Shown here: in pieces, positions 9,601 to 18,554 of the stretch
Layout: the number at the start of each line of letters is the position of its first letter
Position numbering within the stretch: the first letter of the stretch is position 1
Assembly: GCA_026387175.1 (NCBI GenBank)
Contig: JAPLME010000008.1
Coordinates: forward strand, 13,091 to 77,090
DNA: 64,000 bases
Reading direction: 5' to 3'
Source: Candidatus Omnitrophota bacterium
GTDB lineage: Bacteria > Omnitrophota > Gorgyraeia > 2-01-FULL-45-10
Program-made: the position numbers and the translations under genes
The notes under the pieces: model-generated
What the model was told of the DNA's origin: nothing
Database searches by the model: none
What the model saw: the letters and a program-made list of their open reading frames with translations, nothing else

Positions 9601-12600
9601 ATGTTAATATCCAGGAAAGGCCATAGTTTTTTATATAGAGCTACAATATCAATTGTAGTCTCTATTTTTGTGATCAATGACTTAGCTTTCGGGAATCTCC
9701 TGCTTTCACAGGAGGCCAATAAATCTGTATTGGCCCCGCCCTTAGCTACAAAACTCCAGGGCGCTTTCCGTGATAGATGGGCGCTAATTGATATAGGTTA
9801 CATTATCGGTAGGATGCTGGTACTTGCCAGAGATCACAAACTCCAAAACCCAAAAAGCATTCTGATCCCTGTCATTAAGAGCCATATCCGCGATGGATCC
9901 GGTGAATCTGAAATGCTGCTCCAAGGATACGATATTGATGGCATAGAGGAGATTAGGGAGGATGGAGAGATAGTAGGCTTTGGCCTCCCCGTCACAGAGA
10001 ATGGTGTCATAATACATAAGCTTGTTTATAATCTGCAAAGCGGTGGCAACTTCTTAGAAATGAGTGATGGAACGAAAGTTTATGTGAGGACAGAAAAATA
10101 TACAACTGCTTTTGTAAAAAGGCTGATAGCCCATCCCGAAAGAAAACGTGAAATTCTTGCGGGTTTAACTGATGCTCAGAAAGAAGAGGTAATGCATAGA
10201 GCAGTTGAAGCATTACAATCTCAAATCAGGCAAGTTCCGAAAGTATATTTTGAAGATCACATTAAAAACTATGTTATACGGCTCAAGATACTTGCTATCC
10301 TGGGTATTTTAGACGGCATAGCTGTATATCCAATGATGGGGATAGATGTTTTCCCCGCCCAGTTTTGCCGGACCGTCGGTATAAATAGCGGGAATTACAT
10401 CGACTACATGTTTCATGAAATTGAAGTTACAAAGCCTGAAGTGTACAATGCCGCGGGAGTGGATCCCTCCATTATACGTAATTCTCTGATCTATGAAAAA
10501 GACGATATCCTCGATATAAATGGGATAATAAGCCATGTGAATAGAAATAGAATTTCCGGCGAGGACCATACGGCCTTGATCCTTAAGGGGGTCTCATGGC
10601 TGAAGAAATACGGATTTAATCCTAAATGGTCGCTTAATGCGGCAGAAACATGTAGGGAGTATTTGATTCCGCTGTGCGATAAACTGCTTAAGGCCGGCGA
10701 CCATATAGTGGCATTTAACGAAGATATGGAATACTGCGACTGGTTGATAAAAACCGGAGAGTATGAAGAGGTGGATTTAGGTATCGATAAAGATATTCTG
10801 ATGAGCCCTGATATGAAATCATTGGCGCAACCCGTTAATGACAAAGGTGAGCTATCCAGAGATGTATTTGAGGTAGGGGCTGATTTTATTGTTTTACGAA
10901 AGAAGCCGAAGATTTTGCCGCAACTCACATCAGGTAAAGGTGCGGCACTCTCGGAACATGTCGGCATAGAAGCTCCTCTGTTATCCGAAGACGGCAAGTC
11001 GGATGTAGGATCTACAGCTTTATCATTCGAAGATAAATCACAGGCAGAGTCATTTCCCGTCATAGAACGCGGACGCGTCAATAATATCGATTATAAAATA
11101 TGTTGGGCGAATCCAAAAGGCAAAGTATTCAGAGAAGACCGTAACCCCATACGTCAAAAACTCATAAAATTTTTAGAAGACCCAGGAAGAGTCGAGGCTG
11201 TCTTAAAAAATATAGGCAGTGACATAACATATAAAGAAATTGCCGTTGTAAATATTCAATATTTGAGAGCGTCTGAAAGAATAGTGTTCAGGATAAAATT
11301 ATCACTGATCGATGGGGTTACAAACCGCACAGGGTTTCATGTCAATAGGCCAATCTTCGAAATGGCTGTCAAAAGCGCAAGAACATCCAATATGAATCAA
11401 GCTGAAGTATTTAAGGGGCTCAAAGGGATGGGCTTCGCACCCGAGTTTGGTGAACTGTTTGATGACATTTACTATGAGGAATGGATAAAAGGCCCGACAG
11501 TCCACGCAGGCGCGAAAAATGGCCTGAACAGTGAAGAAATCCGAAAAATAACGGCTACATGGATGAAAGTCGTAAGATATCTGTCAAATGGTAACAGCTA
11601 TACTCAGTATCCTATAGATGTTAACCCGTCAAATATCATGTATAGGAACATAAGTAAAGAACCTGAATTTGTCGTTGTCGATATCCTTGAACGTAGACCC
11701 AAATATAATAACCCCGCGCTTTTTATACATAGCATAGTGAAATTTTATATCTATGGAAAGGGTTTCGGTATAAAATCTATAATCCCCAACGATATTAAGC
11801 CTATCTTAGAAGGTATATATGAGGGCCTTGGTTATGACAAAGCCAAGACGACAACTTTCCTTAAAGATGCCTTAAATCTTTGCGTGAATAAATTATACGA
11901 TCCTATGGTACGTTCTGCTATAGAAGAATTTCTCGTGAAACTAGAACTTGATAATACTCGTCCACCAACTGCTGCGTTTGCTGCCAATGGGGCATCTGTG
12001 CCTGATATGTTTATGAAAAAGTATATTTCGATTGTTAAAATATTCATGCATCTGGGGATCGTGCCGGTGGACTCCGTTGAGATAATGAAGACGGTTTATA
12101 GCCCGGGCGTGGGTGAAGTCTGCCGTCTCATTGAAAAGGACCCCTCCTTGGAAGAAGAATTATTCGGAGTGACACCTAAATCTTTTCCCGTCATTCATAA
12201 GGAGATTAGGAAGATCGTTATCTTTTCGGATGGTTCTGCTGTTTTAGGTATGGGGACAAAAGGGCCTCATGTTATGCGAGCTGTCTCAGAGGGCAAGAGG
12301 ATGCTCCTTAAGTGGTTCGGCGGAGTCGACGCGGACATAGCCTTTGTCGACACAAAGAAGCTGTGGAAACTATACAAAAAAGAAAGAGATCCCAAGAAAC
12401 GGGCATTCCTGGCTAAAAAGATTGAGGATAAAGTCTTTGGGTCCGTGAAAAGCTATGTAGAGCGCGTGAAGCAGAAGGAAGGGCTTAAAACAGTTGTCAT
12501 GCTAGAGGATATAGCCGCGCCTGTCTGCTTTAGCTTAGAGGAGCGTTTGAATGGTTCAGCGATCCCTACCATTCACGATGATCAGCATGGCACGGCCATT

Positions 12601-14028
12601 GTATTTGCGGGAGGGCTTTTACGCGCGGCAAGAGAGACTGGCAGAGAAAATAATATAGGTGCGATGAAAATTGTTATAGCTGGTGCGGGCTCAGCCGGGA
12701 TAGCGACAGCGAGACTATTACATCGTTTAGGATTTGGCATCGATTTAAAAAATGGCGGGAATATAATAATGTTGGATAGTAAAGGCGCCTTGCATTCAGG
12801 CAGGACGGACATAAACGGGGAGAAGTCAGAAATGGCGGCTCTTAATATTCAAGGATTTTCGGGGAATAATATGGAAGATATACTTAAAGGCGCCGATGCT
12901 TTTATAGGATTAGCCGAGCCGGGATATTTGTGGGGCAAGGAGAAGGTTTTTGAAGGCATGAATAAAGATAGCGTTGTTTTCCTTGGAGCGAATCCTAAGC
13001 CTGAAGCGGATCCTGCCGTGTTGAAAAATATGCCGAATATTAGGTTCATCGCCACGGGAGCATTTGGCTACCCCCAGGGAAGCACTTTTAATAACAGCTA
13101 TTCTTTCCCTGCGATCTTTCGGGCGCTTAGAGATGCTCCTCCTACATTGGAAAATTTTGATATCATGAAGATAGAAGAATCCGCGGCCTGGGCAATCTCG
13201 CGCCTTCCTCTTTCGCGGGATGACTTAATTGCCGGCCGGCTTTTGCCTCCGACATTCAGTGAAGGCAAATTTAATACCGCCGTATTTGCGAGTATTTTTC
13301 AAGAGGTCTCCCACGAAATCGGATCGAACGTCAACGTAGAAAGCGTTTTACGAAACATAGAGGGGCAGCACATGAGAGCATATGCGGCATTAACTGAAAG
13401 TGAGCGGGAAGCTTTAGCGATTACAGCGGCGCCCGCTCCTGCATCGCCTGAATCCGAAAGCATTCACTCCACAAACTTCCAAGATATCATTAACTACATC
13501 CAGGCACAACCACAAAGCCAGCCTCTTATAATAGCCCTAGGTACAGACTGGATGAGAGGATATGAGAAGGGAAAAACTCAGTACAATGCCCTTAACCCGC
13601 TTATAAGCTCGATACGTAACTACTGTGAATCAAAGGGTATACCGTTCATTGTCGACGAAGATAACAATCTGCCTGGCCGAATAAATACTGAAAAAACAAG
13701 AGACGGCAAGTCAAACGCGAAAGTAATCGTGTTAGCTGGAAAAGATACGGTCAAGTTGCCTGAATTTGCGCCACTGAGGGATGATAAGAACGTTGTAGTA
13801 GGAATTAGTAAGCAGGAGCCTGCAACCGACGAATATATATATATCCGACTGATGGAGATGTTAACACTTGCTCTAAAATTATCCGTAGGCATAGAAACCA
13901 TCCCCGATAATACTCCAATAAAGATTGTAAAAGACGATAAGCTCCATATATACATATTTATTCCTCCCGCCCAGCCAATGGATTACGAGAAACTTAAGGC
14001 TATCTACAGAGTCCAGGAGTTCGCGTAA
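9601..14028 (+). CDS. Giant mosaic protein 1: signal-like N-terminus, unknown domain, protein-kinase-like domain, malic enzyme domain, conserved C-terminal domain
   Basis: 1475-aa ORF. Kinase-like motifs MAVK / EEWIKG / IDVNPSNIM / VVVDI. Malic enzyme motifs VYSPGV, DGSAVLGMG, EGK, LEDIAAP, HDDQHGT, GAGSAG, ANPKPE, NNSYSFP. Confidence 0.85.
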   Translation: MLISRKGHSFLYRATISIVVSIFVINDLAFGNLLLSQEANKSVLAPPLATKLQGAFRDRWALIDIGYIIGRMLVLARDHKLQNPKSILIPVIKSHIRDGSGESEMLLQGYDIDGIEEIREDGEIVGFGLPVTENGVIIHKLVYNLQSGGNFLEMSDGTKVYVRTEKYTTAFVKRLIAHPERKREILAGLTDAQKEEVMHRAVEALQSQIRQVPKVYFEDHIKNYVIRLKILAILGILDGIAVYPMMGIDVFPAQFCRTVGINSGNYIDYMFHEIEVTKPEVYNAAGVDPSIIRNSLIYEKDDILDINGIISHVNRNRISGEDHTALILKGVSWLKKYGFNPKWSLNAAETCREYLIPLCDKLLKAGDHIVAFNEDMEYCDWLIKTGEYEEVDLGIDKDILMSPDMKSLAQPVNDKGELSRDVFEVGADFIVLRKKPKILPQLTSGKGAALSEHVGIEAPLLSEDGKSDVGSTALSFEDKSQAESFPVIERGRVNNIDYKICWANPKGKVFREDRNPIRQKLIKFLEDPGRVEAVLKNIGSDITYKEIAVVNIQYLRASERIVFRIKLSLIDGVTNRTGFHVNRPIFEMAVKSARTSNMNQAEVFKGLKGMGFAPEFGELFDDIYYEEWIKGPTVHAGAKNGLNSEEIRKITATWMKVVRYLSNGNSYTQYPIDVNPSNIMYRNISKEPEFVVVDILERRPKYNNPALFIHSIVKFYIYGKGFGIKSIIPNDIKPILEGIYEGLGYDKAKTTTFLKDALNLCVNKLYDPMVRSAIEEFLVKLELDNTRPPTAAFAANGASVPDMFMKKYISIVKIFMHLGIVPVDSVEIMKTVYSPGVGEVCRLIEKDPSLEEELFGVTPKSFPVIHKEIRKIVIFSDGSAVLGMGTKGPHVMRAVSEGKRMLLKWFGGVDADIAFVDTKKLWKLYKKERDPKKRAFLAKKIEDKVFGSVKSYVERVKQKEGLKTVVMLEDIAAPVCFSLEERLNGSAIPTIHDDQHGTAIVFAGGLLRAARETGRENNIGAMKIVIAGAGSAGIATARLLHRLGFGIDLKNGGNIIMLDSKGALHSGRTDINGEKSEMAALNIQGFSGNNMEDILKGADAFIGLAEPGYLWGKEKVFEGMNKDSVVFLGANPKPEADPAVLKNMPNIRFIATGAFGYPQGSTFNNSYSFPAIFRALRDAPPTLENFDIMKIEESAAWAISRLPLSRDDLIAGRLLPPTFSEGKFNTAVFASIFQEVSHEIGSNVNVESVLRNIEGQHMRAYAALTESEREALAITAAPAPASPESESIHSTNFQDIINYIQAQPQSQPLIIALGTDWMRGYEKGKTQYNALNPLISSIRNYCESKGIPFIVDEDNNLPGRINTEKTRDGKSNAKVIVLAGKDTVKLPEFAPLRDDKNVVVGISKQEPATDEYIYIRLMEMLTLALKLSVGIETIPDNTPIKIVKDDKLHIYIFIPPAQPMDYEKLKAIYRVQEFA

Positions 14029-14071
14029 TCGTTTCGACATTTGTAGATAGTTCATGGTATATTGATAAAAC

Positions 14072-15514
14072 ATGGGTATCCCATCAAATAAAAAGAAGCT
14101 CCTGATAGGCTTCGTTCTTATCTCCGCTATATTTCTCTTCCTAAGGCTTAAAACATTAGGCCATCTCCTGATGTGGGACGAGGCATGGAATATCCTTTCA
14201 TTGAGAGCGTTCCTGAGTAACGCTAAAGCGGATCCTTTCTACTGGGGATATTTTTTCCACCCTCCTTTTTACATGACTTTCGCGCGGTTCTTCGCGCCGT
14301 TTCAAGCGGGATTCGATATAAGGCTGGAGTCGCTTTCCTTAGTATTTTCATATGCGACGTTATTAGTCACCTATCTATTGAGCGCAAGGATAGGGGGATG
14401 GAAATACGCATGGATGAGCGGGCTCTTATTGAGCCTGATGCCCGCGTCAATAGGCTATGACACATGGATAAAGAGGGACGGCCTGGCATCGGTGTTATGC
14501 TACCTTGCCATTTTACTATTATTAAAGAGAAAATTCTTCTGGTGCGCCATAGCGCTTTCCTTCGCTTTATTAAGTAAGGAGAGCGCGCTATTTTTTATCG
14601 TTGCCGTCGTGCCGATATTGTTTCTATTGAAAGAGAGGATCACTATAAAAAAGATTACGGTAATGTGCGCGACGATATTTATCCTTACATCATGGTGGTA
14701 TATATTATTTAGCTCTCTCACCAAAACAGTTTTTAAAATTTATTTTCAAGCAACAGATTATTATACATTGTGGGCAAATTCCCCTATATATTATTTCAAG
14801 AAATTACTGCCGGACCTGGGAGCGGCAATGCTTCTCTTTTTCATAATAGGAGCATTCTATATTTTATATCTGATATTCCATAATAAGCAATTCAGGTGGG
14901 GCATACCGCTCATCATTGTAGCGGCCGTATACATTCCAAGCTCTTTCTTCATCACGGCTAAGGCCCCGTGGCTATGTTTATCCGCCCGCCCGGCTCTGGC
15001 AATGGCCGCCGGCGCAGGGATGCTGCTCTTAATAAAGATGACGAAAAGATCGAGATTAATTTTAGCGATCCTGATCCTATCTTTTATGTACACTCTTTAT
15101 ACCGGACTGGCCTTCTCATATCCGCAATATCATATGGAAACGCATCCGAACGGTTGGCCGGGAGCAGACGCCTCGAAAAAGCTTGCCTGCTACCTCAATG
15201 AACATATGAAGGACGACGATAGATTGATGATCACGGAATTTGCTTATTGGAGCATGCCTGTCTGCGCAGTATTCTTATATTATTGGAAAGGATGCCCGAT
15301 AGAGATAATAAAAGGGGAGCAGAAGGCCGAGAATGTAATAAAAGAGATAGCTATGAATAAAATATCATGGTTTGTGATAGCCGACTCACCTCATCCAACT
15401 CTCAATTTTCATCCGCTGGTAAAAGATGCAAGCAATTCAGTATTGGGAAAACCCGTTCCAGTCGGCTGGTCATATGTCTGGAATACAAAGAAATTATGGT
15501 CAAGTGATAAGTAG
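14072..15514 (+). CDS. Membrane glycosyltransferase, ArnT/PMT (GT-C) family
   Basis: N-terminal TM helix followed by WDE and HPP(F)Y motifs, about 11 TM helices and a soluble C-terminal tail. Confidence 0.78.
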   Translation: MGIPSNKKKLLIGFVLISAIFLFLRLKTLGHLLMWDEAWNILSLRAFLSNAKADPFYWGYFFHPPFYMTFARFFAPFQAGFDIRLESLSLVFSYATLLVTYLLSARIGGWKYAWMSGLLLSLMPASIGYDTWIKRDGLASVLCYLAILLLLKRKFFWCAIALSFALLSKESALFFIVAVVPILFLLKERITIKKITVMCATIFILTSWWYILFSSLTKTVFKIYFQATDYYTLWANSPIYYFKKLLPDLGAAMLLFFIIGAFYILYLIFHNKQFRWGIPLIIVAAVYIPSSFFITAKAPWLCLSARPALAMAAGAGMLLLIKMTKRSRLILAILILSFMYTLYTGLAFSYPQYHMETHPNGWPGADASKKLACYLNEHMKDDDRLMITEFAYWSMPVCAVFLYYWKGCPIEIIKGEQKAENVIKEIAMNKISWFVIADSPHPTLNFHPLVKDASNSVLGKPVPVGWSYVWNTKKLWSSDK

Positions 15515-15552
15515 TTATTCTTAGCTATTCTAACCTGGTTAGATTTGCCAGG

Positions 15553-17085
15553 TTACCCCCACAGATTCCTGTCAAGGCTCCTGTAAGAGATCGCCTCCGA
15601 GATATGATGTGCTTCGATGACGTCTTTTCCGTCCAGATCGGCTATAGTGCGCGATACCTTCAAGATCTTGTCATAGGCCCTTGCGGAAATGCCGAGCTCC
15701 AGGATCGCGAGCTTTAGCAATTCCTCACTCTCTTTATCGAGCATACAGTATTTTTCAAGCTCGGCAGATTCCAAGCGCGCGTTGAAATATAGGCCATCGT
15801 TTTTGTAACGCGATCTCTGGATCTCCCGCGCCTTATCTACACGCTTTCTTATCTCTTCCGACGGCTCACCACGGCGCTTTTCCGTAAGATGCTCCATTTT
15901 AAGCCGGGGGACCTCCAAGTGTATGTCGATCCTGTCCAGAAGCGGCCCTGATATTTTTGAGAGGTAGTTCTGTATCTGCATCGGCGAGCAGTGACATTCC
16001 CGTTTCGGGTCCGTGAAGTAACCGCACGGGCAGGGGTTCATTGCCGCGACAAGCATAAACTTGGCGGGGTAGGTGAGTGTGTTGGCGACTCTTGCTATGG
16101 TCACCGAGCCTTCCTCTATAGGCTGCCTTAATGCCTCGAGTACGTTCTTCCTGAATTCCGGAAGCTCATCTAGAAAGAGGACGCCGTTATGTGAGAGGCT
16201 TATCTCCCCGGGGCTTGGATTAGTTCCTCCCCCGACAAGCGTGGCGTCCGATATAGTATGATGCGGAGAGCGAAACGGCCTGGTGCCCATAAGGACTCTA
16301 TTTGTCGGAATCAGCCCGGCCACGCTGTGTATCTTCGATGTCTCGAGCGACTCTTCGATCGTCATCTCAGAAAGGATCGTGGGCAGCCTTTTAGCAAGCA
16401 TGCTTTTTCCGGAGCCGGGAGGGCCTATTAAGAGGACGTTGTGTCCGCCGGCAGCCGTGACCTCGAGCCCGCGCTTGACGTGTTCTTGGCCTTTTACATC
16501 ACGAAAGTCTATCTTATACTTTGAATTTCTCTTTAATAGTTGTTCGCTATTAGAAAACTCTCTTTTTATTTCGATCTTTTTGTTTATAAAGTCAACGACC
16601 TCTTTAAGCGTTCTGGCAGGGTAGACCTCGATATCTTTTACTGCAGCAGCCTCCTTTGCGTTATGGCCTGGCAGGATGAAATTCGTCTTATCCATAGATT
16701 TTAGTCCCAGGGCAATGGCAAGGGCGCCTTTTATCGACTTCAGCTTACCGTCCAGAGATAGCTCTCCGCAGAATATATATTCTTTCAACTCCGCGCATTC
16801 GATGACGCCTTCACATAAAAGCACCGATAGGGCGATAGGCAGGTCGAGATCCGCACCCTCTTTTTTTATATATGCCGGTGCGAGATTTATCGTTATCTTC
16901 TTAGCCGGAAATGAATACCCCGAATTTCTTATCGCGGCTTTTATCCGATCCCGGGACTCCCTTATCGCGGTGTCCGGCAGGCCCACGATATTGAAGGCCG
17001 GTAACCCTCCGCCGATGTCCGCTTCGACAGTAACTTCATAGGCATTGATCCCTAAAACACAGCTTGAATATATTTTCGCGATCAT
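15553..17085 (-). CDS. comM: ComM/YifB Mg-chelatase-like AAA+ ATPase
   Basis: IVGLPDTAIRESRDR, INLAPA..KKEG, GPPGSGKSM, PFRSPHH, LFLDELPEF, AAMNPCPCG; ATG 17085 after AAGGAG. Confidence 0.93.
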   Translation of the reverse strand: MIAKIYSSCVLGINAYEVTVEADIGGGLPAFNIVGLPDTAIRESRDRIKAAIRNSGYSFPAKKITINLAPAYIKKEGADLDLPIALSVLLCEGVIECAELKEYIFCGELSLDGKLKSIKGALAIALGLKSMDKTNFILPGHNAKEAAAVKDIEVYPARTLKEVVDFINKKIEIKREFSNSEQLLKRNSKYKIDFRDVKGQEHVKRGLEVTAAGGHNVLLIGPPGSGKSMLAKRLPTILSEMTIEESLETSKIHSVAGLIPTNRVLMGTRPFRSPHHTISDATLVGGGTNPSPGEISLSHNGVLFLDELPEFRKNVLEALRQPIEEGSVTIARVANTLTYPAKFMLVAAMNPCPCGYFTDPKRECHCSPMQIQNYLSKISGPLLDRIDIHLEVPRLKMEHLTEKRRGEPSEEIRKRVDKAREIQRSRYKNDGLYFNARLESAELEKYCMLDKESEELLKLAILELGISARAYDKILKVSRTIADLDGKDVIEAHHISEAISYRSLDRNLWG

Positions 17086-17099
17086 CGACACTCTCCTTA

Positions 17100-17477
17100 T
17101 TAGTAATAAATTTCCTCTACAGCATTTTCAATGTGTTCTATCTTCTCCAATGCGTGTTGACAGTCTAATTTCACAGAGATCACATCTATCCTCCAGCTTG
17201 AATCGACGCGTCCGTATCTTTTTAAATAGAACAGGGCATTTTTTATGATATGAGCCTGCTTGACCCTCGTCACGGACAGGAAGGGTGGGCCGAGAGAAGA
17301 AGTAGTCCTGGTTCTTACTTCTATAAAGACTATTGAACCTTCGTGTGTTGTCACTATATCCAGTTCGCCGAAAGGCGTTCTGAAATTTACGCACTTAATT
17401 CTATAGCCTTTAGCTTTTAAGAACTCCAAGGCAAGTTTTTCGCCCAGGCTTCCTATCTCTTTTTTCTCCCGGCCCAT
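17100..17477 (-). CDS. yraN: YraN (UPF0102) PD-(D/E)XK nuclease
   Basis: G..GE..A..FL, N.R...GELDIV, FIEVRTR, RIDVI. Confidence 0.92.
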   Translation of the reverse strand: MGREKKEIGSLGEKLALEFLKAKGYRIKCVNFRTPFGELDIVTTHEGSIVFIEVRTRTTSSLGPPFLSVTRVKQAHIIKNALFYLKRYGRVDSSWRIDVISVKLDCQHALEKIEHIENAVEEIYY

Positions 17478-17481
17478 CTAT

Positions 17482-17745
17482 TTATCCTCCGTAGGCTTCC
17501 AACACCACCTTTTCTATCTCGTCCTTGATCTCCCGGCTTAACGGGATGACGGTGTTGTACCACTTACCATCCTTACCGGCCTCGCGAGGCATGCTCACGA
17601 AGAGGCCGTCCTTACCCTCTACCACCCTCAGGCCGTTTATGACCAGGCTATCCATGACCGACATGTCACAGAAAGCTTTTGTGGCACCCTCGCCGTCCAG
17701 CTTATGTATGCGCGTTACGGCAAGCTTCAGATCTTCCTTTACCAT
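17482..17745 (-). CDS. spoVG: SpoVG family nucleic-acid-binding protein
   Basis: KAFCD.....LVINGLRVVEGKDGLFVSMP...KDGKW...P; ATG 17745 after AAAGGAGGTG. Confidence 0.93.
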   Translation of the reverse strand: MVKEDLKLAVTRIHKLDGEGATKAFCDMSVMDSLVINGLRVVEGKDGLFVSMPREAGKDGKWYNTVIPLSREIKDEIEKVVLEAYGG

Positions 17746-17787
17746 TTGATTCACCTCCTTTCAAATGAGCGCATTGCGTGCTCCCAC

Positions 17788-17953
17788 TATATAAAGACGC
17801 TGAAAGTGCCAAAATTGTTGCAATTTATTTTAAAATAAATTGCATCCCGTGGGTTTTCCGCAAAGGGATTGCAAAATTCTCAACAATATTTTATTCCAAT
17901 TTTGTCCCGAGCTCGCATCTAAGTGGCCGAGGGGCAAACTTTTTTAAAATAAT
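17788..17953 (-). promoter_or_regulatory. Duplicated element copy 1 (ECF-type promoter plus palindrome), with 63-bp insertion
   Basis: 17788-17875 matches 18452-18539 at 82/88 nt and 17939-17953 matches 18540-18554. Minus strand TGCAAC-N17-CGTC upstream of spoVG. Confidence 0.85.
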
Positions 17954-17991
17954 TTTATCCCGGGACAGGGCAGAGGAGCGGGTTTTATGGG

Positions 17992-18441
17992 TTATGATCT
18001 CTTGTTGCGGTCTATATCAAGCGTCTCAAGGGCGTCACCTGCGCCTCTTGCGCCGTCTCTTTTCCACGCTTCATATATCATGACGAGCATTCTGGTAGAT
18101 TTCGAGTCCGCTACCCACTTCATGCCCAAGAGTAGAGTAGCTACCAGCAACTGTATAAAAAATCGCGGGGTTATGAATGAGAAAGAGAATGATATTATGG
18201 CCAGCAGAAGGTAAATATTTATTTTTTTCATAGTAATTTCCCTCAATTTTTTAAATGGTCTCTTTTTGTCGAATGCAGTAACAGCTTCATGGGCCGCCAC
18301 GATTATATTCAGACATTGATCGCAAGAGCTTAGGTGCTTTTCCAGCTGCTCCCGCTTATCTTTCGACAGGCCTCCGGCAAGAAAATCCGCAAGCACATAC
18401 TCTGCAGGATGCGCGGTTATTTTTGTATTCAGATTGACCAT
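17992..18441 (-). CDS. zf-HC2 (ZAS) anti-sigma factor with TM hairpin
   Basis: H(x)n..HLSSCDQC (HxxxCxxC) followed by two hydrophobic segments; directly downstream of an ECF sigma gene. Confidence 0.85.
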   Translation of the reverse strand: MVNLNTKITAHPAEYVLADFLAGGLSKDKREQLEKHLSSCDQCLNIIVAAHEAVTAFDKKRPFKKLREITMKKINIYLLLAIISFSFSFITPRFFIQLLVATLLLGMKWVADSKSTRMLVMIYEAWKRDGARGAGDALETLDIDRNKRS

Positions 18442-18451
18442 ATATCCTCCA

Positions 18452-18554
18452 TATATAAAGACGCTAAAAAGGCCAAAATTGTTGCAAATTATTTTAAAAT
18501 AATTTGCATCCCGTGGGCTTTCCGCAAAGGGATTGCAAACTTTTTTAAAATAAT
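18452..18554 (-). promoter_or_regulatory. Duplicated element copy 2 (ECF-type promoter plus palindrome)
   Basis: Minus strand TGCAAC-N17-CGTC, then GGAGG SD and the ATG of the anti-sigma gene; perfect 26-bp palindrome 18483-18508. Confidence 0.85.

Noticed and set aside
9601-14028. Interpreting the giant genes as prophage, integron cassettes or DGR targets
   Set aside because: No integrase, attC-like sites, reverse transcriptase or adenine-specific TR/VR pair is visible; the linker mismatches are transitions at both purines and pyrimidines.
15529-15555. Overlapping inverted repeats (TAACCTGG...CCAGGTTA) between the convergent GT-C gene and comM
   Set aside because: Plausibly a weak bidirectional terminator, but there is no U-tract; too little support to call.
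17845-17875. Possible c-di-GMP-I riboswitch (GCAAA, GGG..CCC), given the nearby GGDEF gene
   Set aside because: I could not fit the two-stem architecture with a GNRA tetraloop/receptor in the sense orientation; an Rfam scan would settle it.
17788-18554. Possible CRISPR repeats or IS ends
   Set aside because: Only two ~100-bp copies separated by a gene; no spacer array, cas genes or transposase.
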